Source: Alphaproteobacteria bacterium
Lineage (GTDB): Bacteria > Pseudomonadota > Alphaproteobacteria > Sphingomonadales > Sphingomonadaceae
DNA: 64,000 bases
Direction: 5' to 3'
Assembly (NCBI GenBank): GCA_030426245.1
Contig: JAUHYZ010000007.1
Coordinates: 25,881 to 89,880 of the forward strand
Positions 19,962 to 29,761 of the stretch are shown here, one piece after another (position 1 is the stretch's first letter; each line of letters begins with the position of its first letter). The notes under the pieces were generated by a model. That model was given only the letters and a program-made list of their open reading frames with translations. It searched no databases and was not told where the DNA came from. Position numbers and translations under genes: made by a program.

Positions 19962-19965
19962 GTCA

Positions 19966-20754
19966 TCACATCGTCTGGTTTGCGTTGCGCAGCATTTCGT
20001 CGACTGCGGAGATCATCTTGGAATTGATTTCGTAGGCGCGCTGGCATTCGATCATGTCGACCAGCTCTTCCACGACATTGACATTCGATCCCTCCAGCAT
20101 GCCCTGCCGGATATTGCCTCGCCCGGTTTCCCCCGGAGCGCCCAATAAGGGCGCACCGCTGGCCGCGGTTTCGAACAGGAAGTTTTCGCCTGCGGCCTGC
20201 AAGCCGGCGGGGTTGGTGAAAGAAGCGAGCTGCAGCTGGCCCAGTTCGGAAGGCTCCGCCCCCTCGCTCGTCGTTGCTGAAACAGTACCGTCCGCAGCGA
20301 CCGAGATTGCCAGCATGCCTTCCGGCACCGTGATGGCAGGCTGCACGCGGTAGCCCTGCATCGTAACCAGTTCGCCTTCGGCCGAGACGGTGAAATTGCC
20401 GGCCCGGGTGTAAGCGAGCTGGCCGCCGGGCATTTCGACCTGAAAATAGCCTTCCCCATCCAGGGCCAAATCCAGCGCGTTGCCGGTGTTGTTCAGCGTG
20501 CCCTGGGTGACGATCCGGCTGGTCGACTGAATGGCGACGCCGGTACCCAGATTGAGCCCGGTGGCGTAAGTCGTCTCCGAGCTGGACTGCTGCCCGGCAA
20601 CACGCACATTCTGATAGGCAAGCGTGGCGAAATTCGCCCTCTCGCGCTTGAAGCCCGTGGTCCCGACATTCGCCAGGTTATTCGCGATCACACGCATCCG
20701 CGTGTCTTGCGCCTCCAGCCCTGTACGGGCGACTTGAAGTGCAGAATTCGGCAT
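19966..20754 (-). CDS. flgG: Distal rod protein
   Basis: ANNLANVGTTGFK, LEGSNVNVVEELVDMI..QRAYE. Confidence 0.95.
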   Translation of the reverse strand: MPNSALQVARTGLEAQDTRMRVIANNLANVGTTGFKRERANFATLAYQNVRVAGQQSSSETTYATGLNLGTGVAIQSTSRIVTQGTLNNTGNALDLALDGEGYFQVEMPGGQLAYTRAGNFTVSAEGELVTMQGYRVQPAITVPEGMLAISVAADGTVSATTSEGAEPSELGQLQLASFTNPAGLQAAGENFLFETAASGAPLLGAPGETGRGNIRQGMLEGSNVNVVEELVDMIECQRAYEINSKMISAVDEMLRNANQTM

Positions 20755-20778
20755 AGATCAGTCTCCTTCCAAGACCAT

Positions 20779-21519
20779 TCAGATTCGCATCAGGTTCGCG
20801 CCACCCTCGTCCAGCTCCTTGGCGGTAGCGACGAGTTTGGTGCGCATTTCGAAAAGACGCTGAGCCTCAACCATTTCGACCAGGATCTGGGTGACATCGA
20901 CATTCGATTGTTCGACCGCGCCGCTATGAACGCGCGCTTCTTCATCCTGAGGCAGGACGCCGCCGTCATGAACGCGGAACAGGCCATCCAGCCCTTTGGC
21001 GATGGCGCTGCCTTCCCAGCTGACGAGCTTGATCCGGTCCACCGCTTGAGGCGGCGCCTCCGGCGTGCTGCCGTCTGCCGAAAAAACACTGCCGTCCGGG
21101 CCGATGGTCACCAGGCTGCCGGGCGGGACCGTAATCGGCCCGCCGGAACCGATGACTGGCCGGCCTTCTCCATTCACAAGAGCCCCACTGGCGGAGACCG
21201 AAAGGTCCCCCCTGCGCGTGTAGCCTTCCGTGCCATCCGGGGCCTGGACTGCAAGCAGGCCCTTGCCTTCGATCGCGATATCCAGATCGCGGCCTGTTTC
21301 GATGAATGAACCGGCCGACATATCCGCCCCGACTATGCCGGTACGCACCATGGTCCGGCCCTCCAGAGAGGTCGGGCTGGAAACCCGTACAGGCGTCGAA
21401 TGAAAGGTTTCTGCACGAAAGCCGATCGTCTGTGCATTCGCCAGATTGCTGGAGACTGCACCCTGACGGATCATGGAATCATTCATGCCCGAAACAGCGG
21501 TATAGATAAGCCGGTCCAT
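20779..21519 (-). CDS. flgF: Proximal rod protein
   Basis: MDRLIYTA, NLAN..T.GF, YTRRGDL. Confidence 0.93.
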   Translation of the reverse strand: MDRLIYTAVSGMNDSMIRQGAVSSNLANAQTIGFRAETFHSTPVRVSSPTSLEGRTMVRTGIVGADMSAGSFIETGRDLDIAIEGKGLLAVQAPDGTEGYTRRGDLSVSASGALVNGEGRPVIGSGGPITVPPGSLVTIGPDGSVFSADGSTPEAPPQAVDRIKLVSWEGSAIAKGLDGLFRVHDGGVLPQDEEARVHSGAVEQSNVDVTQILVEMVEAQRLFEMRTKLVATAKELDEGGANLMRI

Positions 21520-21524
21520 ATCGA

Positions 21525-22337
21525 TCAGGTCCGCAGGTTGATGACGGTTTGCGAAATCTGGCTGGCAGTATCGATCGCCTTGGCATTGGCCTGGAAATTC
21601 CGCTGCGCGGTGATCAGGGCAACCAGTTCCTCGGCAATGTCGACATTGGAACGTTCAATCGATCCGGTCAGCAGACCGCCGAATTTGCCTTCGCTGGGAT
21701 TGCCATATTCAGGCGCGCCGGAAAGTCCGGTCGCTTGCCAGTTGGACGATCCGACCTGCTTGAGGCCAGTAGGTGCAATGAAGCTGGCCAGCGCGGTCTT
21801 GCCGATGGTCTCGGTCGTGCCATCGTCGAAGGAGGCAACGACATTGCCATTCTCGGTGATCGCAACGCCTGCAAAGCTGGCGCCAGCCGCATTGGCTGCC
21901 GGCAGCAACAGATCGCCAGGCGTTGTGGAAGTCGGAATTCCGGCGGCGTCGACAGGGAAGCCCTGCAGGCGATTGTCGGAACCGTCGGTGATATAGCCGG
22001 CTTCGTCGATGCTGAAGCTGCCATTGCGAGTGAAGAAGGTCTGGCCGGTCACGCCCGAACGGGTCGTGAAGAAGCCATCGCCGCCAATGGACACGTCCAG
22101 AGCAGAACCCGTCTGTTCGATCGGGCCCACGGTAAAGTTCTGGGTGATGCTTTCAACCGCAGAACCGACACCCTGGATCATCTTCGGATTGTTGATGGCC
22201 GAACCCGCAACGACATCGGCAAATTCGGTGCGGCTCTTCTTGAAGCCATTGGTTTCCGCATTGGCGATGTTGTGGGCAATGACGCCCAGATCGGTCTGGG
22301 CATTCTTCATGCCATTGAGAGACGTGTAGAATGACAT
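21525..22337 (-). CDS. flgE: Hook protein (short form)
   Basis: NIANAET.GFK, IERSNVDIAEELVALITAQRNFQANA; lies between flgD and flgF. Confidence 0.88.
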   Translation of the reverse strand: MSFYTSLNGMKNAQTDLGVIAHNIANAETNGFKKSRTEFADVVAGSAINNPKMIQGVGSAVESITQNFTVGPIEQTGSALDVSIGGDGFFTTRSGVTGQTFFTRNGSFSIDEAGYITDGSDNRLQGFPVDAAGIPTSTTPGDLLLPAANAAGASFAGVAITENGNVVASFDDGTTETIGKTALASFIAPTGLKQVGSSNWQATGLSGAPEYGNPSEGKFGGLLTGSIERSNVDIAEELVALITAQRNFQANAKAIDTASQISQTVINLRT

Positions 22338-22382
22338 ACGCTTTCTCCTTCTAATACCTGAAAAATATCTTGAGGCCGGTGG

Positions 22383-22694
22383 CTACGCGGACGCTTCCGC
22401 GCCATCCGGATCGGCAGCCTGATCGCGGGCCGCCTTCATCTGCAGCTCGATCAGTGAATCGAGTTTGCTCGAAATCGAAGACAGGGTGTCGCCCATGTCC
22501 GAAATGCCCGCGAGCGAGGAAAACTGCGCCATCTGCGCCAGCATTTCCTTGTTATCCACGGGATCGAAAGGATCCTGCTGCTGCATCTGCACAGTCAGCA
22601 GCTTGAAGAAATCGCCCTGCCCCAAAGAGGCAAAGCCGGTTGAAGCGGTGCCCGCAGGCGCGGCCGAATATGAATTGACGGATTCTACGGTCAT
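22383..22694 (-). CDS. flgD: Hook-capping protein (N-terminal domain only)
   Basis: DFFKLLTVQMQQQDPFDPVDNKEMLAQMAQFS. Confidence 0.9.
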   Translation of the reverse strand: MTVESVNSYSAAPAGTASTGFASLGQGDFFKLLTVQMQQQDPFDPVDNKEMLAQMAQFSSLAGISDMGDTLSSISSKLDSLIELQMKAARDQAADPDGAEASA

Positions 22695-23095
22695 TTTATC
22701 CTCATCGTTTCGAGCATGAGCTGTTTGGCGGTTTGCAGAGCTTCCACCATGTTCTGGTATTGCCGGGCGCTTTCGAGCATCTCGACCATCTCGGCATTTT
22801 CATCGACGGGCGCCTCAAAGACGTTGCCTTCGGCATCCGCCAAGGGATTGCGCGGATCGTATCGTTTCACCGGAGAAACATCGCTGCGTATGACGGAATC
22901 GACGCGGACGGTTGAAAGGCCCGTCTTCTGATCAAGCTCTTCGGCGAAGACCGGGCGCATCGGGCGATAGGCATCGCCTTCGCTGCCAGTGATGCTGCCT
23001 GCATTGGCGAGGTTGGACGCCGCTGCGTTCATCCGCACGAGCTGAGCCGACATGGCCCGCTGGGCGACGTTGAACAGGCTCATTGTGTCAGCCAC
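22691..23095 (-). CDS. flgC: Basal-body rod protein
   Basis: ASNLANA, YDPRNPLAD.EG, EMVEM. Confidence 0.93.
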   Translation of the reverse strand: MADTMSLFNVAQRAMSAQLVRMNAAASNLANAGSITGSEGDAYRPMRPVFAEELDQKTGLSTVRVDSVIRSDVSPVKRYDPRNPLADAEGNVFEAPVDENAEMVEMLESARQYQNMVEALQTAKQLMLETMRIK

Positions 23096-23097
23096 GA

Positions 23098-23445
23098 TCA
23101 GTCCCCCTTCATCGCGCGCGTAAGCGTTTCGACCCGACCGCGAATGAATGAGAGGGTTGCGGAATAGGCCACTGCGTTCTCTGCGAAAGCAGTCTGTTCG
23201 GTGGCCATTTCCACGGTGTTGCCGTCGAGGCTGGGCATAACGGGCACGCGGTAGAGCGTGGCATCGTCGGCCGCATCGGCGCTGTCCGCCCCATCCATGC
23301 GTGCGCGCAAGGCGGCAGAAAAGTCGATGTCGCGAGCTTTGTATCCGGGGGTTCCGGCATTGGCGATGTTGGAAGCAAGCAATCCCATGCGCTGCGATCG
23401 CAGTTCAAGGGCAGCGCCATGAATTCCAAAAATACTGTCGCTCAT
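23098..23445 (-). CDS. flgB: Basal-body rod protein
   Basis: NIANAGTPGYKARD, DGNTV. Confidence 0.94.
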   Translation of the reverse strand: MSDSIFGIHGAALELRSQRMGLLASNIANAGTPGYKARDIDFSAALRARMDGADSADAADDATLYRVPVMPSLDGNTVEMATEQTAFAENAVAYSATLSFIRGRVETLTRAMKGD

Positions 23446-23476
23446 AACTCTCACTCCATGTGTGCGCCTTCAGTAA

Positions 23477-23492
23477 AGCAAACACCGTGCCA
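23477..23492 (-). promoter_or_regulatory. sigma54 promoter of the flgB operon
   Basis: TGGCAC-GGTGT-TTGCT (-24/-12 consensus). Confidence 0.85.
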
Positions 23493-23688
23493 AAACGATT
23501 TTATAGCCGTTTTTCATATGGATAGAGAGATACCGGGAATTTGCCGCAGCCAAATCCGCCTGCATGATCCGGGGAGTGCGGCAGATCTTTGCCGGTTGTG
23601 GCAACAATGCGCCGCAATTGATTCAAATTTTGCCGCCTGGCACTGAATTTTTCGCCGGCCTGCCGTCCTTGATTGCGAAAGGACATCC

Positions 23689-24348
23689 ATGATCGACTAC
23701 CTCAGCCTGGTTGATGGCGTTTCAGCGGCGATTGTTTTGGGGGGAACGGCGCTGGCGACCGTGCTGCGTTGCGGCCTTCGAGAATGCATGTTGGCAGTGA
23801 AGTGCCTGTTCGGAAGCCTGGGCCCGCGGTTCAATGCCGAGGGGGCGCGCGCAAATCTCGCCTTGCAGATTCAGGCCATCCAGCAAGACGGCATCTTTCG
23901 CGCGGAACCCCATCGCTTTGCGGATGAGGAGTTCAATGAAATGGCGGATGCCCTGATCGCCCATCGATCGCTGGAATCGCTGCCGGAACAGCACCGCAAG
24001 CATATGGAGCACCGCCTTTCGCTCAGCCGCTCTGCCGCAAACGCCTTCACGCAGGCCGCCACGCTGGCGCCGGTTTTCGGCCTTGCAGGTACGTTGGTTG
24101 CCCTCAGCCAGCTCCCCGGGACAGCGTCCGCCGGCGTCTCGCTCTCGGCCAGTATTCCGGCCGCGATCACTACGACGCTTTACGGGCTGATGGCCGCCAA
24201 TCTGATCTTCGCGCCCCTTGCACAGCTGATCACGCGCCGCGCCGAAGCGGAGGAAAGGGATCGGCAGACGCTGATCGATTGGCTGACGAAAGAACTTTCG
24301 AACAAGGGCTTGCGGCCCAGTCAGCTACACGAGCGGGCGGCGGCATGA
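23689..24348 (+). CDS. MotA/TolQ/ExbB-family protein (second, divergent stator A-like)
   Basis: IVLGGT, APVFGLAGTL, TTLYGL..ANL..PL. Confidence 0.8.
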   Translation: MIDYLSLVDGVSAAIVLGGTALATVLRCGLRECMLAVKCLFGSLGPRFNAEGARANLALQIQAIQQDGIFRAEPHRFADEEFNEMADALIAHRSLESLPEQHRKHMEHRLSLSRSAANAFTQAATLAPVFGLAGTLVALSQLPGTASAGVSLSASIPAAITTTLYGLMAANLIFAPLAQLITRRAEAEERDRQTLIDWLTKELSNKGLRPSQLHERAAA

Positions 24349-24803
24349 TGATGGAAAGCAGCAATGGCTGGCTGACAACGCTGACGGACCTGGCGATTAT
24401 CCTGTTCATGGTGACGGCAGCCGACCTTTCCCATGCGGAAATGCCTGCTGCCCACGAAGACAGCGCATCGCAAATCGTGACGTCCGACCAGCCGATGGCG
24501 ATCTTCCGCCCGCAAACAGGCGGTGCCTCCCTGCCGGACTGGCTTGAAGGCCAACAGGAAGACGCGCGCCTGCGCCTGACGATCCTGGTCCGCTATGACG
24601 CGCAAGGCAGGCAGGCAGCAGTGGATTCAGGATTGCTGCTGGCCCGGCAGGCCGAAGCTGCGGGCAAGCCGGCACGCCTGATTATCGAGGAAGGTGAACA
24701 GAACGACGTGGTTGTCTTTCAGGCCTACGACACTGATCCGCAAACAATGGCACGCAACTTGCTTATCAATAATCATGGAACCACTCAGGAGGACGGACCA
24801 TGA
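24345..24803 (+). CDS. MotB-like protein (N-terminal TM with Asp, degenerate periplasmic domain)
   Basis: WLTTLTDLAIILFM resembles the MotB W...Y.D TM segment; ATGA overlap with the upstream MotA-like gene. Confidence 0.6.
   Translation: MMMESSNGWLTTLTDLAIILFMVTAADLSHAEMPAAHEDSASQIVTSDQPMAIFRPQTGGASLPDWLEGQQEDARLRLTILVRYDAQGRQAAVDSGLLLARQAEAAGKPARLIIEEGEQNDVVVFQAYDTDPQTMARNLLINNHGTTQEDGP
24748..24763 (+). promoter_or_regulatory. sigma54 promoter of flgA
   Basis: TGGCAC-GCAAC-TTGCT. Confidence 0.85.
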
Positions 24804-25297
24804 TTGTTAGAGCGTGTTTTGCGCTGTTGGCGCTGGCTGCAGGATCGCAATCCGCCAACGCCGCCGAATTTGAAGACCTTTCCGGCATTGAACGGCAGGT
24901 TGCCAGCTATGTTGGGGGGGGAAGCGAAGACATGCGCGACGTGCTTGTCCCGATCGACCGCCGATTGAAACTGGCCGCTTGTCCTGCGGCCCTGGACATC
25001 GCCTGGCATGGCATGCGGCGCGATTCCGTGCGGGTTTCGTGCCCCTCGGCCGGTGGCTGGAGGATCTTTGTCCGCCTTGCACAGCCGCAGCAATCCCTGG
25101 CCGCACCGCAGCCGGTCATCCGCCGCGGCGATGCTGTGACGATCACTCTGAGCGCGCCGGGCCTCAGCATCTCCCGCTCGGGCGAAGCGCTGGAAAACGG
25201 GGCAGTCGGGGAATGGGTCCGCGTCAGCGTCGGCAAGGGTGAAGAGCGGCGCGCCCAGGTGTTGCGCCCGGGCGCAGTCGGCATGATTTTGCCGTAG
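24800..25297 (+). CDS. flgA: P-ring assembly chaperone
   Basis: Signal peptide, D.RLKL..C, IRRGD.V, GEALENG..GE. Confidence 0.85.
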   Translation: MIVRACFALLALAAGSQSANAAEFEDLSGIERQVASYVGGGSEDMRDVLVPIDRRLKLAACPAALDIAWHGMRRDSVRVSCPSAGGWRIFVRLAQPQQSLAAPQPVIRRGDAVTITLSAPGLSISRSGEALENGAVGEWVRVSVGKGEERRAQVLRPGAVGMILP

Positions 25298-25322
25298 GAC
25301 CGGCAAAATCCGGTCCTGCCCT

Positions 25323-25348
25323 TAAACTTCGCTCCAACCTGCCGTCCT
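25323..25348 (+). promoter_or_regulatory. sigma28-like promoter of flgM
   Basis: TAAA-N14-GCCGTCCT. Confidence 0.55.
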
Positions 25349-25378
25349 ACTGGAACAAGTGCATAATGGAGCAGTCAA

Positions 25379-25654
25379 ATGCGGCCAATTGAAATCCAGC
25401 AAATGCGCCTGACGCGGGCAACGGAAAGAGTTGTTCCGGTGGAAAAGGCGCGCCCGGCAGATCCTGTCGCCAAGGGCGAAAAGGATGTGCAGGTTTCGCT
25501 TGGCAATGGGCTCGAAGCGAAGGCCCCGCCGGTCGACGTGGAACGGGTCGAGAAGATCCGTCAGGCGATTGAAGCAGGGACCTATCCCCTGCTTCCCGCG
25601 AAGATCGCCGATGCCATGATTGCCGCGGGCATTATTTTGAGGAATTCGAAATGA
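25379..25654 (+). CDS. flgM: Anti-sigma28 factor
   Basis: DVERVEKIRQAIEAGTY....KIADAM. Confidence 0.92.
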   Translation: MRPIEIQQMRLTRATERVVPVEKARPADPVAKGEKDVQVSLGNGLEAKAPPVDVERVEKIRQAIEAGTYPLLPAKIADAMIAAGIILRNSK

Positions 25655-26001
25655 CGATGCCGACCGACCTCAAAGAGTCTCTCCGGCAAATGCTTGCCGT
25701 GATGGAGCAGGAACGGCAAGCACTTGCCGCTCTCGATCTGCAATCGATCGTCGATTGTGCGGCGAACAAGTCCGCCTTGAGTGACAAGCTGCATGCGGCA
25801 TCCAGCGATAGTCTGGACGAAGAATCGCTCAGCCTGATCGAAGCCGCAAAGCGCCTAAACGAGGTAAACCGCCAGATCCGCAACCTTGTTGCGGCCAATG
25901 TTTCCGCACGGCTTGATGCACTGACCGGATCGGCACCGGTTTACCGGGCGCAGAGCATGCGCCCTCGCTATAGCCGTATCACGGCCAATCCAGGGGTCTG
26001 A
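25651..26001 (+). CDS. flgN: Export chaperone FlgN
   Basis: E.ERQAL, LNEVN; position after flgM. Confidence 0.7.
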   Translation: MTMPTDLKESLRQMLAVMEQERQALAALDLQSIVDCAANKSALSDKLHAASSDSLDEESLSLIEAAKRLNEVNRQIRNLVAANVSARLDALTGSAPVYRAQSMRPRYSRITANPGV

Positions 26002-26008
26002 TCAGAAC

Positions 26009-26024
26009 TGGCACGCTCCTTGCT
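26009..26024 (+). promoter_or_regulatory. sigma54 promoter of slt-flhA-fliA
   Basis: TGGCAC-GCTCC-TTGCT. Confidence 0.85.
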
Positions 26025-26052
26025 TAATAGCCTTTGGTAAATTTGACCGGAG

Positions 26053-26919
26053 GTGAAATTGAGCGGAGTAAATGCAATCGGGGCGCCCGACGTGCGCACT
26101 TCGATCGCCCGCGCTTCGCAGGCGACGGGCGTCGATTTCGATTATCTCTTGGCCCAGGCCAAGCTGGAATCCGATCTCGATCCGAATGCCCGCGCCAGCA
26201 CGTCCAGCGCGACCGGCCTCTTTCAATTCATCGGCAGCACCTGGCTGGAAACGCTCGATCGGCATGGCGCCAAGCATGGCCTCAGCTGGGCGGACGCTGC
26301 CATAACCAAAGGCGCAGGCGGGGCCAGGATCGCCAATTCCTCCCTGCAATCGCAGATCATGGATCTGCGCTACGATCCCGACACGTCTTCCCTGATGGCC
26401 GCCGAACTCGCATTGGATAACCGGGAAGCCTTGCGAACAACGCTGGGCAGAGACCCCGATCATGCCGAACTCTATCTCGCTCACTTTCTGGGGACGAAGG
26501 GCGCGAACCGTTTCCTCGATGCCATGCAGCGCAATCCCGATAGCTCCGCTGCGGCCCTTTTCCCCACTCAGGCAGCGGCCAACCGGCCCGTATTTTTCGA
26601 GCAGTCAGGCTCGGCCAGATCGCTGGGGCAGGTCATGGATCTGTTCCGGAGCCGTTTGAGCGATGCGATGAACGAACCTGCCGGCGCGCTGGCAGGCGCC
26701 AGGGTTCCCGGGGCCCAGGCTGCGCGGCATGGGCAAGGCCCGCAGATGAGCCCGATCGAACGCGAGTTTCACGAAACCGCGATGAGCCTCCCAGCCCATG
26801 GCAGAACCTCCATCGTCGATACGCTGCGCGACACATTTGCATCCGCCGGAGATCGATCCGGCGCCCTGCCCGCCAACGTCAAATCCGCTTACGCCAAATT
26901 CAAGGCCTTTAAACTATGA
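26053..26919 (+). CDS. Flagellar lytic transglycosylase (SLT domain)
   Basis: LES..DPNA..STSSATGLFQF, YLAHFLG. Confidence 0.85.
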   Translation: MKLSGVNAIGAPDVRTSIARASQATGVDFDYLLAQAKLESDLDPNARASTSSATGLFQFIGSTWLETLDRHGAKHGLSWADAAITKGAGGARIANSSLQSQIMDLRYDPDTSSLMAAELALDNREALRTTLGRDPDHAELYLAHFLGTKGANRFLDAMQRNPDSSAAALFPTQAAANRPVFFEQSGSARSLGQVMDLFRSRLSDAMNEPAGALAGARVPGAQAARHGQGPQMSPIEREFHETAMSLPAHGRTSIVDTLRDTFASAGDRSGALPANVKSAYAKFKAFKL

Positions 26920-29027
26920 ACGCTCTGTCATTTCCGAAGGCCGCGGCATTCGCGTTGCCGCTGGGGATTCTCACGATCATCCTGCTGATGATCATGCCTA
27001 TCCCGGCGCTGATCCTCGATGCGTTCTTCGTGCTCAATATCGCCCTGTCCGTTGCCGTCCTGATGGCGGCCATGAATGCGGCGAAACCTCTGGATTTCTC
27101 TTCTTTCCCATCGGTACTGCTGTTTGCGACACTGCTGCGGCTGGCACTGAATGTGGCATCGACCCGGATCGTACTGGTCCGCGGGCATGAAGGAGGCTCC
27201 GCCGCCGGTCATGTGATCGAAGCCTTCGGCGCCTTCCTGGTTGGCGGCAATTTCGCGGTCGGCCTGTTCGTCTTTCTGATCCTGATGGTCATCAACCTGG
27301 TTGTGGTGACCAAGGGTGCCGGCAGGGTCTCCGAAGTTTCGGCCCGCTTCACGCTGGATGCCTTGCCAGGCAAGCAGATGGCCATCGACGCAGACCTGGC
27401 CGCCGGCCTGATGACGGCCGACGAGGCCAAGGCGCGCCGGCGCGAGGTTGCCACTGAAGCGGACTTCTATGGTTCGATGGACGGTGCCAGCAAGTTCGTG
27501 AAGGGCGACGCGGTTGCCGCCCTGCTCATCCTCGGCCTGAACGTGATTGCCGGTTTCTGTCTGGGCATGCTGAGCCATGGGCTGGACGCGGCAACTTCGG
27601 CGGAACGCTATGTCACGCTGGCGGTTGGCGATGCGCTGGTCGCGCAGGTCCCTGCCCTGTTGCTTTCCATCGCTGCCGCCGTGATCGTGACGCGCGTGTC
27701 CGACAGCCGCGACCTTTCCGGCCAGATCGGTGCGCAATTCGCCAATCCGCAAATCTGGCTTCCGGTCGCCTGTATCCTGTGCGTCATCGGGCTCATTCCC
27801 GCGATGCCGCAGACCATATTCCTGCCCGCTGCCGCGTTGGCCGGCATGATCTGGTGGAATTTGCGCAAACGCGCGAATGCCCCTGTCGAAGTGCTCGAGC
27901 CGCTGCCTCAGCAAGATCCCTCCCGGATCGTCCTGGACGAAGTGAGCGACAATACACTCGTCACGATCGAAGTCGGCTACGGGCTGGTTCACCTCATCGA
28001 CGACCGCCACGGTTCGCCTCTGGTGTCCAGAATAACCGGCGTGCGTAAGCAGCTTTGCCAGGAGCTCGGCTTCATTGTTCCGCAGTTCCGTATCCGCGAC
28101 ACGATCGAGCTTTCGCCGAACGAATACCGGATCATGCTGGGCGGTGTTCCGCTGGGCGGGGACATCATTCTGCCGGACAAGATCCTTGCTATCGACACCG
28201 GCGACAATGCCGTGGGCTCGGATCTTCTGGGCCAGCCCGCACGCGATCCCAGCTTCGGCTGCCCCGCCGTCTGGATCGACCCGGCGCAGAAGGATCATGC
28301 CATCGCGCAAGGGTATCTAACCGTCGATGCAGGCACGGTAATTGCCACGCATCTCAATCAGCTGTTGAGCCAGCAACCAGAGCAACTGCTGGGCCCCGAT
28401 CAGGTCCACGATCTGCTGATGGGCGTGAAGGAACACGCCGCCCAGCTTGTCGAGACCATCTACCCGCAGCCACTGACACTTGCGGCAATAACGCGAATCC
28501 TGCGAACGCTGCTGAAGGACGGTATCCCGATCAGCCATCCGCAACCGATCTTCTCCAGCCTGAGCGACGGCGTGCAAGGGACGCTGGATCACAATGTGCT
28601 GGTGGATATGGTCCGTGCGAACCTGGGCGCATTGATCGTTGGAAAGATCTGTCCGCCCAACCAGCCCCTTCCCGTGATCACGCTCGATGCCAGGCTGGAA
28701 AGCACAATCCTTCAAGGCCTTTCAGACCCGAATTCCGGTGAGCCGGTACTCGAACCCGAACTGGCCCGGAACATTGGCGAACGCATCGCCTCGATTACGG
28801 CCGAACGGCCGGCGGGAAGCAGCCCACCGGCGCTTATCGTTCAACCTGGAACGCGCCGCGCAATGGCTGGCCTGCTCCGGATGCGGGCGCCTTCCTGCCT
28901 GGTCCTTTCGATCGCCGAACTGCCTCAGTCGCAGCCAATCGAGGTCCTGGAAGTGATCGGCGAGGAAGCAGGCCGCAACATTTCCGATCAGACCACGGTT
29001 AATCAAGTCGAGAGTATCGCAGCATGA
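26916..29027 (+). CDS. flhA: Export gate protein
   Basis: SEVSARFTLDALPGKQMAIDAD, FYGSMDGASKFVKGDA. Confidence 0.97.
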   Translation: MNALSFPKAAAFALPLGILTIILLMIMPIPALILDAFFVLNIALSVAVLMAAMNAAKPLDFSSFPSVLLFATLLRLALNVASTRIVLVRGHEGGSAAGHVIEAFGAFLVGGNFAVGLFVFLILMVINLVVVTKGAGRVSEVSARFTLDALPGKQMAIDADLAAGLMTADEAKARRREVATEADFYGSMDGASKFVKGDAVAALLILGLNVIAGFCLGMLSHGLDAATSAERYVTLAVGDALVAQVPALLLSIAAAVIVTRVSDSRDLSGQIGAQFANPQIWLPVACILCVIGLIPAMPQTIFLPAAALAGMIWWNLRKRANAPVEVLEPLPQQDPSRIVLDEVSDNTLVTIEVGYGLVHLIDDRHGSPLVSRITGVRKQLCQELGFIVPQFRIRDTIELSPNEYRIMLGGVPLGGDIILPDKILAIDTGDNAVGSDLLGQPARDPSFGCPAVWIDPAQKDHAIAQGYLTVDAGTVIATHLNQLLSQQPEQLLGPDQVHDLLMGVKEHAAQLVETIYPQPLTLAAITRILRTLLKDGIPISHPQPIFSSLSDGVQGTLDHNVLVDMVRANLGALIVGKICPPNQPLPVITLDARLESTILQGLSDPNSGEPVLEPELARNIGERIASITAERPAGSSPPALIVQPGTRRAMAGLLRMRAPSCLVLSIAELPQSQPIEVLEVIGEEAGRNISDQTTVNQVESIAA

Positions 29028-29761
29028 TCAACTATCAACGTGCCTCCGAGACCGCTCGCGCCTACACGGATCCCGCGGCGGCAGTGTTGAACAATTTCGC
29101 GCCGATGGTGCGCAAGCTTGCCTGGCATCTCCATGGCTCCGCATGCGCCGATATCGAGCCTGAAGATCTCATGCAGATAGGCCTCGTAGCGCTTACCGAA
29201 TGTGCAAAGCGGCATACGGGCCCCCAGGATGAAGGCTTTGCGGCCTACGCTAAGATCCGGGTGAAAGGCGCAATGATCGACCAGCTCAGACGCTCCGCTC
29301 CACTCTCACGCGGCGCCATGAAGCGGCGCAGGGAAATCAGAGAAGCGGAAGCCAAGCTGTTCGGACGGCTTGGCAGGTCGCCCAGCACAGCGGAGCTGGC
29401 CGAGGAGTTGAAAGTAACGGCAGGTGAACTGGAAGAAATCCGTAGCGCGAGTGAGCCTTTGGAGTTCGAAACGATCGAAGACAGCTATTCGGATTCCGAT
29501 CTCGCCTTCAAGGATCAGTCCGATGACGCCTTTGCCTCGCTGGTCTCGCAAGAGAACCACGAAGCGCTAACCTCGGCCATTTCCAGTCTGCCTGAACGGC
29601 AAATGCTTGTCATACAACTGTATTATGTCGAAGAACTCAATCTCGCCGAAATTGCTGAGATATTGGGAGTTACCGTCCCGAGAGTGCACCAGATCAAGGA
29701 TCAGGCGCTAAAATCATTGAAAACGGAACTGAGCGAATACGGAATTAGCTCATACTTTTAG
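29024..29761 (+). CDS. fliA: RNA polymerase sigma28
   Basis: DLMQIG, YAKIRVKGAMIDQLR, LYYVEELNLAEIAEILGVT..RVHQI. Confidence 0.93.
   Translation: MINYQRASETARAYTDPAAAVLNNFAPMVRKLAWHLHGSACADIEPEDLMQIGLVALTECAKRHTGPQDEGFAAYAKIRVKGAMIDQLRRSAPLSRGAMKRRREIREAEAKLFGRLGRSPSTAELAEELKVTAGELEEIRSASEPLEFETIEDSYSDSDLAFKDQSDDAFASLVSQENHEALTSAISSLPERQMLVIQLYYVEELNLAEIAEILGVTVPRVHQIKDQALKSLKTELSEYGISSYF

Noticed and set aside
26928-28310. Long antisense ORF (460 aa), and likewise 47225-48046, 53417-54664, 62630-63757, 15372-16526 and 2449-3246
   Set aside because: Shadow frames opposite well-supported genes, expected in high-GC DNA; no recognisable motifs.
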